Source of the DNA: an uncultured Thermoleophilia bacterium
GTDB lineage: Bacteria > Actinomycetota > Thermoleophilia > UBA2241
Assembly (NCBI GenBank): GCA_903927755.1
Contig: CAIYOD010000032.1
Location: 2,391 to 66,390 of the forward strand
DNA: 64,000 nucleotides
Direction of reading: 5' to 3'
Shown here: positions 1 to 8,956 of the stretch, one piece after another
How the letters are laid out: each line of letters starts with the position of its first letter
How positions within the stretch are numbered: the stretch's first letter is position 1
Notes under the pieces: generated by a model
The model's database searches: none
What the model was told of the DNA's origin: nothing
Seen by the model: only the letters and a program-made list of their open reading frames with translations
Position numbers and translations under genes: made by a program

Positions 1-243
1 CGGCTTGACGGCGACGACGCCGAACTCGGTGATGGCCGTCATGATCTCGTCCAGGTGCGTCGCGTCGCGGCCGAAGATGCGCATCATCGCGTGCGAGGGG
101 TCGTCCTTCATGCGCCCGACCTCGAACTTCAGCATCTCGAACTCGCCGTCGAGGTCCATCACCTGATCCATGATGTGCGGCATCATGAGCGAGTCGATGA
201 GGTGGCCCTCGATCTCGACGTCTTCGTATGGCAGGTCGGGCAT
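1..243 (-). CDS. TIGR00300 / LOR-SDH conserved-domain family protein, N-terminal fragment running off the left edge
   Basis: My own minus-strand translation from the ATG at 243 gives MPDLPYEDVEIEGHLIDSLMMPHIMDQVMDLDGEFEMLKFEVGRMKDDPSHAMMRIFGRDATHLDEIM... The IE-x-GH-LIDS and F-x-V/I-G pattern is typical of this family. It is absent from the ORF track because it is open at the window edge. Confidence 0.55.
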   Translation of the reverse strand, partial: MPDLPYEDVEIEGHLIDSLMMPHIMDQVMDLDGEFEMLKFEVGRMKDDPSHAMMRIFGRDATHLDEIMTAITEFGVVAVKP

Positions 244-379
244 GATGCCTCCCGTGGACTCCGGAGCGGTGGCACCAGTCTACCAGTCGTCCCTTGACCT
301 CACCCCGCCGGGTCCCTATCGTCGGCGCACACGGAAGCGGCGCCTGGCGACGCCGATCCATCCGCACCAGGGGGAACAC

Positions 380-2224
380 ATGGCAGCTCGTTCCAGGCCT
401 ACCGGCCTGCTCAGCAAGGCATCGATGGCGCTGATCCTCCTGCTGCTGGTCGCGGCGGTGGTGGGCGTGGCCCAGGCCACCGCGTCCTCCAGCCCCGTGC
501 CCGCCGAGAAGGTCACCTTGCACATCGGAATGGTGCAGGAGCCGGACAACCTGAACCCGTTCATCGGCATCCAGGGCATCGACTACATGTTCTGGCACAT
601 GAACTACGACTTCCTCGTGGGCTTTGACTCGAAGACGCTGGAGCCGCGGCCGGAGCTCGCCACCGAGTGGGCCGTCTCCGACGACGGCAAGGAGTGGACG
701 TTCACCATCCGCGAAGGATCCACGTGGCAGGACGGCACACCCGTGACGGCACGCGACGTCGCCTTCACCTTCAACTACATCGTCGACAACGAACTGCTCA
801 ATCTCTCGACGTACACCAACGGCATCACCGGCGCCGAGGTGATCGACGACACGCACGTCGTGGTCACCACGAGCGCGCCGAAGGCGAACATGCTCCGGAT
901 GGTCGTCCCGATCCTGCCGGAGCACATCTGGAGCAAGGTCAGCGGCAAGGAAGCGACGACCAGCTACCAGAACAAGCCGCCGATCGTCGGCGACGGGCCC
1001 TTCCAGCTCGTGGAGTGGAAGAAGGGCAAGTTCGTGCGTTTCGAGGCGAACCCCACCTACTGGGCCGGCAAGCCCAAGGTCGACGAGGTCGTCTTCCAGC
1101 TCTACACGAACCCCGACACGATGGCGCAGGACCTCAAGCTCGGCACCATCGACGGCGCCGTCGACATCCCCCCGGCCCAGTTCAAGCCGCTGAGCGGCGA
1201 GGACGGCCTCACCATCAGCCAGTCCACCTCGTGGAACTTCATCGAGCTCGCGATGAACTCCTACGACAGCCCGGACTCGAAGGGCAATCCGGTGCTCAAG
1301 GACCAGCAGTTCCGCACCGCGGTCAACTGGGCCGTCGACCGGCAGAAGGTCGTCGACGTCGCCTACCAGCAGTACGCGACGCTCGGATCCTCACTCATCG
1401 TGCCCTACTCCAAGTACCACTGGGAGCCGACGGCCGACCAGGCGTTCACGTACGATCCCGAGAAGGCGAAGCAGATCCTGGACGCCGCCGGCTACAAGGA
1501 CGCCAACGGCGATGGGTTCCGCGAGACCAAGGACGGCAAGAAGCTGGCGCTCCGCTTCTACGCCACCACCGACTCGGTGCAGAACCAGACGGCCGCCAAG
1601 CTCATCGTGGGCTGGCTCAAGGACGTCGGCATCAAGGTGAACCTGCAGGTCATCGACGCCGGCACACTCATCAACTACCAGTACTCCTACACCGGCGACA
1701 CCTACACGCCCGACTGGGACATGTTCATCTGGTACTGGGTGCAGGACGTCGACCCCAACTTCATCGTCGACATCTACACGCCGCAGCAGATCGAGGGCTG
1801 GAACGACTGCCTGTGGACCGACCCCGAGTACACCAAGCTGAACGCGCAGCAGATCACGACGATCGACGAGGCGCAGCGCATCCCGATCGTCCAGCAGATG
1901 CAGCAGATCTTCTACGAGGGCGCCGCCTACGCGATCCTCGCCTACCCGTACCAGCTCGAGGCCTTCAACACCGACAAGTGGCAGGGCTGGGTGCACACCC
2001 CGAGCGAGGCGCCCGACGGGCAGGAAGGCTCCGTGATCTACAGCTACAACAACATCGACACATACCGGTTCGTGGAGCCCAAGGTCGCTGCCGCCGCGGC
2101 CGAGGACGAGCCCCTCGTGAACTGGAAGTGGCTCGCCGTCGGCATGGGCGGCGTGATCGCCCTGATCGTCATCATGTTCGTGCTCACCCGCGTGTTCGGA
2201 AGCGCGCGCCGGGAAGAAGAGTAA
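380..2224 (+). CDS. ABC transporter substrate-binding protein, family 5 (peptide/nickel, DppA/OppA-like), with a C-terminal TM anchor
   Basis: Taken from ORF 170..2224. The likely start is the ATG at 380, after GGGGGA (MAARSRPTGLLSKASMALILLLLVAAVVG is a signal peptide). Family-5 SBP signatures occur throughout (LNPF, EWAVSDDGKEWTFTIREG, ANPTYW). The C-terminus is WKWLAVGMGGVIALIVIMFVLTRVFGSARREEE. Confidence 0.85.
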   Translation: MAARSRPTGLLSKASMALILLLLVAAVVGVAQATASSSPVPAEKVTLHIGMVQEPDNLNPFIGIQGIDYMFWHMNYDFLVGFDSKTLEPRPELATEWAVSDDGKEWTFTIREGSTWQDGTPVTARDVAFTFNYIVDNELLNLSTYTNGITGAEVIDDTHVVVTTSAPKANMLRMVVPILPEHIWSKVSGKEATTSYQNKPPIVGDGPFQLVEWKKGKFVRFEANPTYWAGKPKVDEVVFQLYTNPDTMAQDLKLGTIDGAVDIPPAQFKPLSGEDGLTISQSTSWNFIELAMNSYDSPDSKGNPVLKDQQFRTAVNWAVDRQKVVDVAYQQYATLGSSLIVPYSKYHWEPTADQAFTYDPEKAKQILDAAGYKDANGDGFRETKDGKKLALRFYATTDSVQNQTAAKLIVGWLKDVGIKVNLQVIDAGTLINYQYSYTGDTYTPDWDMFIWYWVQDVDPNFIVDIYTPQQIEGWNDCLWTDPEYTKLNAQQITTIDEAQRIPIVQQMQQIFYEGAAYAILAYPYQLEAFNTDKWQGWVHTPSEAPDGQEGSVIYSYNNIDTYRFVEPKVAAAAAEDEPLVNWKWLAVGMGGVIALIVIMFVLTRVFGSARREEE

Positions 2225-2247
2225 GCCCCGGCGAGACACCGCCCTGC

Positions 2248-2290
2248 GAAGCGGCCGCGGGATCCTCTGACGGGGTCCCGCGGCCGCTTC
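2248..2290 (+). terminator. Perfect 15-bp inverted repeat hairpin downstream of the SBP gene
   Basis: GAAGCGGCCGCGGGA (2248-2262) and TCCCGCGGCCGCTTC (2276-2290) are exact reverse complements with a 13-nt loop. The trailing T-tract is weak. Confidence 0.55.
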
Positions 2291-2349
2291 CGTTGACGGG
2301 TGCTAGCATCGGGAACGGTCGCCGCCCCCCCGAACGCGAAAGGCATCCC

Positions 2350-2739
2350 GTGCCGAGGAAGGTCCTCATCCCGCTCGTGGCCGCCGCGGTCGTCTGCGTC
2401 GCGGTCGTCGCCACAGCAGTCTGGCGACAGGTCGATGCCGGTCCGGCCATCCAGACGAAGGCGCTCGGCGTGTGGCAGGAGCAGACCGCCACACGCCCGG
2501 TCCGCCTCACCGTCAGCGCCGCGGCGGAGCAGTCGGATGCGTCCGGCTACCGGGTGACCTACCCGCACTCGCTCACAGAGGGGTTCCCCGCGAAGTTGGA
2601 CGGGGACAGGATCCTCATGTCGGGCGAGAACACCACGGACGTGGTCTGGGTCATCACCTACGACGAGGGCGCGGACACCCTGCTCGTCACGAGTCCCTCG
2701 ACCGGCGAGCGGCACATCCTGAGGCGCGTCTCGCGCTGA
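2350..2739 (+). CDS. Hypothetical membrane-anchored protein
   Basis: This is the tail of the 667..2739 frame. A GTG at 2350 gives VPRKVLIPLVAAAVVCVAVVATAVW (N-terminal TM helix). GC3 is high and I recognise no family. Confidence 0.45.
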   Translation: MPRKVLIPLVAAAVVCVAVVATAVWRQVDAGPAIQTKALGVWQEQTATRPVRLTVSAAAEQSDASGYRVTYPHSLTEGFPAKLDGDRILMSGENTTDVVWVITYDEGADTLLVTSPSTGERHILRRVSR

Positions 2740-2750
2740 TCCCGGCTCCC

Positions 2751-3629
2751 TCAGTCCTCCCCGTCGAGCGTGAGGAGCGGGCCGTAGAGCTCCGGGCGCC
2801 GGTCGCGGAAGAAGCTCCAGTCCTGCCGCTGGTAGCGCACGGCGTCGAGGTCGACGGTCGCGGTGACCACCTCCTCGCGGTCGCGTGAGGCCTCCGCCAG
2901 CAGGGCGCCCGTCTGCGAGGCGATGAACGACGAGCCGTAGAACCTGATGCTCGCCTCGCCCCCGGGCGCCGACTCGACGCCAATGCGGTTGGACGCGACC
3001 AGCGGCATGGCGTTGGCGACCGCATGGCCGCGCTGCACGGCCTGCCAGGCGTCACAAGAATCGTCGTCCGGCGCCGGCGGGTCGCTCCCGATGGCGGTGG
3101 GATACAGCAGCACCTCCGCGCCCTGCAGCGCCATGCAGCGTGCGCTCTCCGGAAACCACTGGTCCCAGCAGATCCCGACGCCGATGCGCGCGTAGGCCGT
3201 GTCCCACACGCGGAAGCCGGTGTCTCCCGGCGAGAAGTAGTACTTCTCCTGGTAGCCGCCTGAGTCGGGGATGTGGCTCTTGCGGTAGACGCCGAGGAAC
3301 TCGCCGTCGGCGTCGATGATCGCGATGGAGTTGAAGAACGCCTGACCGGCGCGCTCGAAGAAGCTCACCGGGAGCACGACCTCGAGCTCCCCGGCCAGCT
3401 TGCTGAACCGGCCCAACACCGGGTGCCCCTCCGACGGCCCGGCCAGGTCGAAGTGCCGCGTATCCTGCGTGATGGGGAAGTACGGCGTCGCGAAGAGCTC
3501 CTGCAGCAGGACGATCTGTGCGCCTCGCCCGGCCGCTTCGCGGACCAGCCGCTCGGCCGTGTCCAGGTTGGCAGGGATGTCCCAGCTGCAGGCGAACTGC
3601 GCCGCCGCCAGCGTCACTTCACGCGTCAT
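2751..3629 (-). CDS. aguB: N-carbamoylputrescine amidase (carbon-nitrogen hydrolase family)
   Basis: 292 aa. Contains LLQELF, YRKSHIPDSGGYQEKYYFSPGDTGFRVW and GVGICWDQWFPE, with the nitrilase-type Glu-Lys-Cys context characteristic of AguB. Confidence 0.85.
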   Translation of the reverse strand: MTREVTLAAAQFACSWDIPANLDTAERLVREAAGRGAQIVLLQELFATPYFPITQDTRHFDLAGPSEGHPVLGRFSKLAGELEVVLPVSFFERAGQAFFNSIAIIDADGEFLGVYRKSHIPDSGGYQEKYYFSPGDTGFRVWDTAYARIGVGICWDQWFPESARCMALQGAEVLLYPTAIGSDPPAPDDDSCDAWQAVQRGHAVANAMPLVASNRIGVESAPGGEASIRFYGSSFIASQTGALLAEASRDREEVVTATVDLDAVRYQRQDWSFFRDRRPELYGPLLTLDGED

Positions 3630-3726
3630 CGCGACCTCCTCGTCGTCGGTGACAGTCTACCGAGCGGGAGCGGCCGTGGACGGCGCGACAGGAGGAGCCG
3701 GCACTGGAGCCGGGGCGCGGTGCTCG

Positions 3727-5187
3727 TCAGAGGACGGCGCGCACCTCGTCGTTCTCCCACGGCTCGCCGGCCTTGCGCGCCTCGATTGCCGCGAGCACCG
3801 CCTGATGCCGCCGCTTGGTCAGCGGCATCAGCCAGCAGAACACGGCGCCGGGGACGAGCCACACGGCGGCGCCGACCGACATCAGCAGCCGGATGCCCCA
3901 CATGGCCGTCGCGGTCTGCTCCACGTCGGCCTGGTACCCCACCAGCTCGAGCACCAGGCCCGCCAGCCACACCACCAGCGCCGCCGTCGCCGTCTGCGCG
4001 AAGGCGATGACGCCGTAGTACATGCCTTCGCGTCGCTGCCCGGAGAGCAGCTCGTCGACGTCCGTGACGTCGGCGAGCATCGACCAGCCGGTGACCGCCA
4101 CGGCCATGCTGCCGGCGCTGCTCAGGACGATCGCGACCCAGAAGAGCGCGACGTCCTCGGGACCCGGCAGCAGGAACAGCAACTGGATCGCGGCCCAGGT
4201 GAGCGTGAAGACGATGTAGGTGGCGCGCTTGCCGTACCGCTTGCTCATCCAATCCACCAAGGGCAGCCACACCACTCCGGCGAGGAACCAGGTCAGCATC
4301 ACCAGGCTCGCGTAGTCCTCCGAGTACCCCATCCGGTAGACCGCGAAGTAGACCGAGACGGCGCCGATGACGTTGAGCGGCGCCCAGCCCAGCACGTAGG
4401 CCGCGAGCAGAAGCCGGAACGAGCGGTTGCGGAGCGTACCGAGGACGTCGCGCAGCCGCACGCCAGCCGCCTCGCGGTGGTGCTCCCGGCCTCGCGTCGC
4501 ACTCCATGTCCACAGGATCCCGAGCGTGGAGACGGCGCCCATGATGGCCGCGGCCGCAGACCACCCGGCGCGCTCGCTGCCGAGGAGGTCGCCCAGCACG
4601 TCGTTCAGCGCCAGCGGCGCGGCGGCGCCGACGAGGGCGCCGACCTGGGCGAAGAGCGTGCGGAACGTGTTGAGGCTGGTGCGCTCGTCGTAACTGGGCG
4701 TCAGCTCTGCCGCCAGGGCGCCGTAGGGAACGTAGAACAGCGCCATGCAGGTGAAGTAGAAGAGGACGGCCACGACCATGTAGGCCACGGTCCCGGCCGT
4801 GCCGAGTCCCCAGTCGGTGAAGAGCAGCCAGGCGGCGACGCCGTAGGGCAGCGCCGCGGCGATGAGAAACGGGCGGCGCCTCCCCTTCGAGGAGCGCACC
4901 CGGTCCGACCAGACCCCCACGAGCGGCTGGAACACGGCGCTCCAGAGCGTGCCGACCATCATGATGAGACCCGCCGTGGCGGCGCCGATGCCCACCACGT
5001 CCGTGAGGAAGTACAGGAAGAGGGCGTAGAACAGCGTCCAGACCACGGAGTTGGCCCACTCGCCGCCGCCGTAGCCGAGCTTGACGCGCAGCGGCAGGCG
5101 GACGGCCGCCTCCGGCGAGGGAGCCGGCGCCGCGCCCGGCGAAGCAGGCGGGCCGCTCGGCGACGCGGCCGGCGCGCCGGTCGTCAC
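3727..5187 (-). CDS. MFS transporter, glycoside-pentoside-hexuronide (MelB/GPH)-like
   Basis: 486 aa and polytopic. Contains LGYGGGEWANSVVWTLFYALFLYFLTDVVG. Its start lies 1 nt from the stop of the upstream hydrolase gene. Confidence 0.75.
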   Translation of the reverse strand: MTTGAPAASPSGPPASPGAAPAPSPEAAVRLPLRVKLGYGGGEWANSVVWTLFYALFLYFLTDVVGIGAATAGLIMMVGTLWSAVFQPLVGVWSDRVRSSKGRRRPFLIAAALPYGVAAWLLFTDWGLGTAGTVAYMVVAVLFYFTCMALFYVPYGALAAELTPSYDERTSLNTFRTLFAQVGALVGAAAPLALNDVLGDLLGSERAGWSAAAAIMGAVSTLGILWTWSATRGREHHREAAGVRLRDVLGTLRNRSFRLLLAAYVLGWAPLNVIGAVSVYFAVYRMGYSEDYASLVMLTWFLAGVVWLPLVDWMSKRYGKRATYIVFTLTWAAIQLLFLLPGPEDVALFWVAIVLSSAGSMAVAVTGWSMLADVTDVDELLSGQRREGMYYGVIAFAQTATAALVVWLAGLVLELVGYQADVEQTATAMWGIRLLMSVGAAVWLVPGAVFCWLMPLTKRRHQAVLAAIEARKAGEPWENDEVRAVL

Positions 5188-5188
5188 A

Positions 5189-7063
5189 TCAGCCCTCCGC
5201 CGCGATGACCGGCAGGACGACGTGCGAGGGCCGGTCGCGGTCGTGGTACACCGTCTGCACGGCGATGCGCGTCGCGGCGTCGGCGGCGAAAGCGTGACCG
5301 GTGTTGGGGTTGCGGTCCCAGCGGTCGAACTCGGCGCTCGCGACCTCCACGCGCACGCGGTGGCCGGCGGCGAACAGGTAGCCGGTGGCGGCGAGCGATA
5401 CCTCGATGCGGTAGACCTCGCCGGGATCGGCGAGCGCCGGCTCCGCGTCCGAGTCGCGATAGCGCAGCCGGCGGATGCCCTGCTGCAGCAGTTGGACGTA
5501 GCCGTCCGGCCACACGTCGACGAGGCTGACGACGAAGTCGGTGTCGGGCGCCGTGGTCGAGACCCACAGCACGGCGCCGAGCGGCCCGACCACCTCGAGC
5601 GGGGCCGCGAGGACCGGGCCGGTGTACGTCAGCACATCCGGCCTGTCCTCGAGCGGCCGCCGGTCGCCGAGGTGCTTCGCGGCGGCCCACAGGTCGTTGC
5701 CCTCCCACCAGTTCGGAGGGTCGAGCGGGTCGTAGGCGTACCGGTCGGGCGACTCGGCGGCGGGTGGCGCCGGGAGCAGGCGGCCGGAGGACGTCCCCGC
5801 GGCCGGCGGCACGCCGGCGGCGGCCTCCGCCGCCCCATCCGCCGCGGCGGTGCCGTCACCGGAGAGGTAGAACGGCGTGGGCTCGGCGTCGGGCAGCGGC
5901 CACTCGTCCGCCTCGCGCCAGCGGCCGGCGCCGGTGACGTACACACGCACGCGCGGCGTCGCGATGAAGCCGGCCCCGGCGTGGTCACTCGCGCCGGCGC
6001 CGGGGTCGTCCCCGTCGCGCAGCACCGCGTCCATGAACTCGAGCACGCGGTCCCACGAGCGCGGCTCCTCCGGCAGCCGGATGCGCCCCACCGTGCCGCC
6101 GAAGTCGGGAGACGTCTCGTGGTCAGTCGGTCCGAGCGTGAGCCAGCGCGGCCGGCGAGCCGCATCCGCCAGGCCGGCCTCCGCATCCGCCGCCTCCATC
6201 CCCCGCCAGCAGTCGATCGTCGGCGCCACCATGTTGTCGAACCAGCCGCTCCAGAGGAACACCGGGACGTCCACGGCGGCCAGCACGTCACGGAAGTCGT
6301 AGTCGCGCCAGTACTCGTCGCGGCTCGGGCGGGCGATCAGCTCGGTGAAGAGGCGGCTGGGCAGGCCGGCGGCGTCGGCCATCTCCGCCAGCGGCAGGTG
6401 CCGCGTGTCGAAGCGCAGCCAGTTGATGTAGGCGTGGCGCGCCTGGTCGCACGCCCAGAGCGCCGTCGACCCGAGCGCCAGCGCGCCGCCTTCGTAGAGC
6501 AGCGCGTAGACGTCGCAGCCCATGTCGCCCGGCGAGATGCAACGCAGCGCCGGGTGGTGGGAGGCGGCGGCGGCCCACTGCGTGTGGCCGAAGTAGGACT
6601 CGCCCGTCATGCCCACGCGCCCGTCGCACCACGGCTGACGCGCCGTCCACTCGATGGCGTCGTAGCCGTCGTCGATCTCGTGCCGGAAGGGATCCCACTC
6701 GCCCTCGGAGCCGTACTTGCCGCGCACGTCCTGGATGACGCACGCGTAGCCGCGCCGCGCCCAGTAGCGGCCGACCGCCGGCATGTAGGCATAGGGCTCG
6801 CGGATGCCGTAAGGCATGCGGATGAGGACGGCCGGGCACGGGGTGGCGACCGGCCGGCCGTCGTCTCCGGTCGGTAGATACACGTCGGTCGCCAGCGTGA
6901 CGCCGTCACGCATGGGCGTGCGCTCGTCGCCGAGCACGTGCACCCGCGGGTGCCGCTCCGGCGTGGCCGACGGCAGCTCCTTGCGCGGCAGCGTGACCCG
7001 CTTCTGTGCCGCGAGGAGCAGCCGGACGCCGGCCCAGGCGATATCGGCCTTCACATGGCTCAT
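5189..7063 (-). CDS. CocE/NonD family hydrolase (X-Pro dipeptidyl-peptidase S15-like)
   Basis: From ORF 5189..7231. The internal ATG at 7063 (MSHVKADI...) is preferred. Contains MRDGVTLATDVYLP, PYGIREPY, GMTGESYFG (GxSxG nucleophile elbow) and a C-terminal beta-sandwich region. Confidence 0.8.
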   Translation of the reverse strand: MSHVKADIAWAGVRLLLAAQKRVTLPRKELPSATPERHPRVHVLGDERTPMRDGVTLATDVYLPTGDDGRPVATPCPAVLIRMPYGIREPYAYMPAVGRYWARRGYACVIQDVRGKYGSEGEWDPFRHEIDDGYDAIEWTARQPWCDGRVGMTGESYFGHTQWAAAASHHPALRCISPGDMGCDVYALLYEGGALALGSTALWACDQARHAYINWLRFDTRHLPLAEMADAAGLPSRLFTELIARPSRDEYWRDYDFRDVLAAVDVPVFLWSGWFDNMVAPTIDCWRGMEAADAEAGLADAARRPRWLTLGPTDHETSPDFGGTVGRIRLPEEPRSWDRVLEFMDAVLRDGDDPGAGASDHAGAGFIATPRVRVYVTGAGRWREADEWPLPDAEPTPFYLSGDGTAAADGAAEAAAGVPPAAGTSSGRLLPAPPAAESPDRYAYDPLDPPNWWEGNDLWAAAKHLGDRRPLEDRPDVLTYTGPVLAAPLEVVGPLGAVLWVSTTAPDTDFVVSLVDVWPDGYVQLLQQGIRRLRYRDSDAEPALADPGEVYRIEVSLAATGYLFAAGHRVRVEVASAEFDRWDRNPNTGHAFAADAATRIAVQTVYHDRDRPSHVVLPVIAAEG

Positions 7064-7134
7064 GGCGTGACTGTAGCCTTGTGCCGGCTGACGGCAATGG
7101 GAATAATTCCGGTCCTCACACGGAGGCGGGGCGG

Positions 7135-7821
7135 ATGGTGAACGAACCGGGTCCGATGAAGAGAGGTCGCGGCCGCCCGCGCGAGGTCGTCCGCCTCGAG
7201 CCGGGGACGGCCGTACCGCTCGGCACCACACTGGCCGACTACCAGCCGACGTCGCGGGCGATCCTGGCGGCCGCCCGCGACATCATCCTCAAGCTCGGCA
7301 TGCACGCGCTCACGCTGCGCCGGGTGGCGGAAGAGGCCCACGTCGACGTCACCACCGTCACCTACCACTTCGGGACGCGCAGCGGCCTGCTCGAGGCGCT
7401 CGTCTTCGCCGTCTACGCCGAGCCGGTGGCCGCGTTCGCGGCGGAGATCGAGACCTGCGCGACCCCGGACGAGCGCGCGCAAGCGTTCTTCCGCACCCTG
7501 CGCCGCGAGTTCGCGGACGCGCAGGGCGGCACGGTGTACGCGGCCATCCAGGCGGAGGCCTTGCGCGACGACCGCCTCCGCACCCGACTGGCCGCGATCA
7601 ACGCCTGGACCATCCGCGCGTTCGCCGAAGCCGTGTACGGCGACGCGGCGGACGCACTCCTGGCCGACCCTCGCGCGCGCGCAGCGATGCAGTTGCTCGC
7701 GGCCGCCGTGGACGGCATCGAGGCGCACCACCACATCGACCCGGACGGCTACGACTTCGAAGCCGTCCTCGACCTGCTCGAAGAGCTGCTGCCGCTGCCC
7801 CGCGAGGGCGGCAGCGGCTGA
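7135..7821 (+). CDS. TetR/AcrR family transcriptional regulator
   Basis: In the frame of ORF 7006..7821, starting at the ATG at 7135. The helix-turn-helix reads ILAAARDIILKLGMHALTLRRVAEEAHVDVTTVTYHFGTRSGLLEAL. Divergent from the hydrolase-MFS pair. Confidence 0.8.
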   Translation: MVNEPGPMKRGRGRPREVVRLEPGTAVPLGTTLADYQPTSRAILAAARDIILKLGMHALTLRRVAEEAHVDVTTVTYHFGTRSGLLEALVFAVYAEPVAAFAAEIETCATPDERAQAFFRTLRREFADAQGGTVYAAIQAEALRDDRLRTRLAAINAWTIRAFAEAVYGDAADALLADPRARAAMQLLAAAVDGIEAHHHIDPDGYDFEAVLDLLEELLPLPREGGSG

Positions 7822-7894
7822 CTCGCCGCCGCAGCACAGCGGCGCCCGGCCGGCCTGACGACCATCGGGCGCGAGGCCGGGAGGGTGCCGCGTC

Positions 7895-8956
7895 TCAGCG
7901 CAAAAGTGCCCTGGCGATCGGCTGCAGGTCCGGATCGGCCGGCAGGTCGTCGATGCCGATCAGCGCCAGCAGCAGCGCCTTCTGGAAGTGCTTGCGGTTC
8001 TCGGCCTCGTCCAGGACGATCGAGAACGGCGCGTCGAGGATGGCGTCAGTCATCTCCTCGCCGCGGATGGCCGGGAGGCAGTGCATGAACTTCGCTCCCG
8101 GCTTGGTATGTGCCCACAGCTCCTCGTTGACCTGATAGGGCCGGAGGATGCGACGCAACTCGTTCTTCTCGTCCTCCGGCTGCATCCACCACCAGCCGAT
8201 GGTGAACACGATGTCGGCCTGCGCGACGGCCTCGACCGGGTCGTCCGTGAGCGTCAGGGACGCGCCGGATTCGGCGCAGTTGGCGCGCACGAGGGCCTCC
8301 ACCTCCGGCGTCATCTGCTCCTCGGGCGGCGCGGCCATGACCATGCTGCTGCCCAGCTTGGTCATCGTCAGCGCGCCGGACGTCCCCATGGCGTCGGCGC
8401 ACTTTCCCACGACCGCACACGTGAGGCCCTCCACCGTGCCGAAGTGCTCGAGGATGGTCATCGCGTCGGTCATCGTCTGCACCGGGTGGTCGTAGTCGTC
8501 GGTGAGGCCGTTGATGACCGGGACGGTGGCGTACTGGACCAGCTCGGCCAGCGTCGTGTGGTAGGCGGTGCGCGCCATGATCGCGTCGACCAGACGGCTG
8601 ATGACGCGCGCCGTGTCGGCGAGGGACTCGTGGCCGCCCAGGTGGATCTCGCCCGGCCGCAGGAACTGCGAGTGCCCGCCGAGCTCCGTCATGCCGGCCT
8701 CGAAGCTGATGCGCGTGCGCGTGGACGGGTGCTCGAAGATCATCGCCAGCGTGCGGCCTTCGAGGTAGGGCGTGAGCGGCCGGCGCCGGTAGAGGGCCTT
8801 GAGGGCGACGGCCAGGTCCAGCAGCCCCAGGAGCTCCTCACGCGTGAACTCCTGGTCGGTGAAGAAGTTGCGGCCGCGCAGGCCGGCGAAGCCGGGCAGC
8901 GCGGCCGGGTCCACGTCGTACGCGGGAGCAGCGGCGGGGTGGGATGTAGTGGTCAT
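7895..8956 (-). CDS. Carbamoyltransferase of the OTCase/ATCase superfamily, non-canonical second-substrate site
   Basis: 353 aa. Has STRTR, HPVQ and HCLP carbamoyl-phosphate motifs. At the position of the OTCase D-x-x-x-S-M-G loop it reads TIGWWWM. Confidence 0.75.
   Translation of the reverse strand: MTTTSHPAAAPAYDVDPAALPGFAGLRGRNFFTDQEFTREELLGLLDLAVALKALYRRRPLTPYLEGRTLAMIFEHPSTRTRISFEAGMTELGGHSQFLRPGEIHLGGHESLADTARVISRLVDAIMARTAYHTTLAELVQYATVPVINGLTDDYDHPVQTMTDAMTILEHFGTVEGLTCAVVGKCADAMGTSGALTMTKLGSSMVMAAPPEEQMTPEVEALVRANCAESGASLTLTDDPVEAVAQADIVFTIGWWWMQPEDEKNELRRILRPYQVNEELWAHTKPGAKFMHCLPAIRGEEMTDAILDAPFSIVLDEAENRKHFQKALLLALIGIDDLPADPDLQPIARALLR

Noticed and set aside
2119-2224. Sortase (LPXTG) or other C-terminal sorting signal on the SBP
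   Set aside because: No LPXTG-like or PEP/PGF-type motif precedes the hydrophobic helix. It is interpreted as a plain TM anchor.
667-2739. 690-aa ORF overlapping the SBP gene in another frame
   Set aside because: The translation is Arg/Gly/Pro/His-rich and low-complexity, as expected for an off-frame reading of GC-rich coding DNA. Only its last about 130 codons (2350-2739) look like a real, separate gene.
3400-6877. Long plus-strand ORFs (3400-5208, 5081-6877) antisense to the MFS and CocE/NonD genes
   Set aside because: The composition is Arg/Ala/Gly/Pro-rich with no family resemblance. The minus-strand genes have clear family motifs, so these are GC-driven shadow ORFs.
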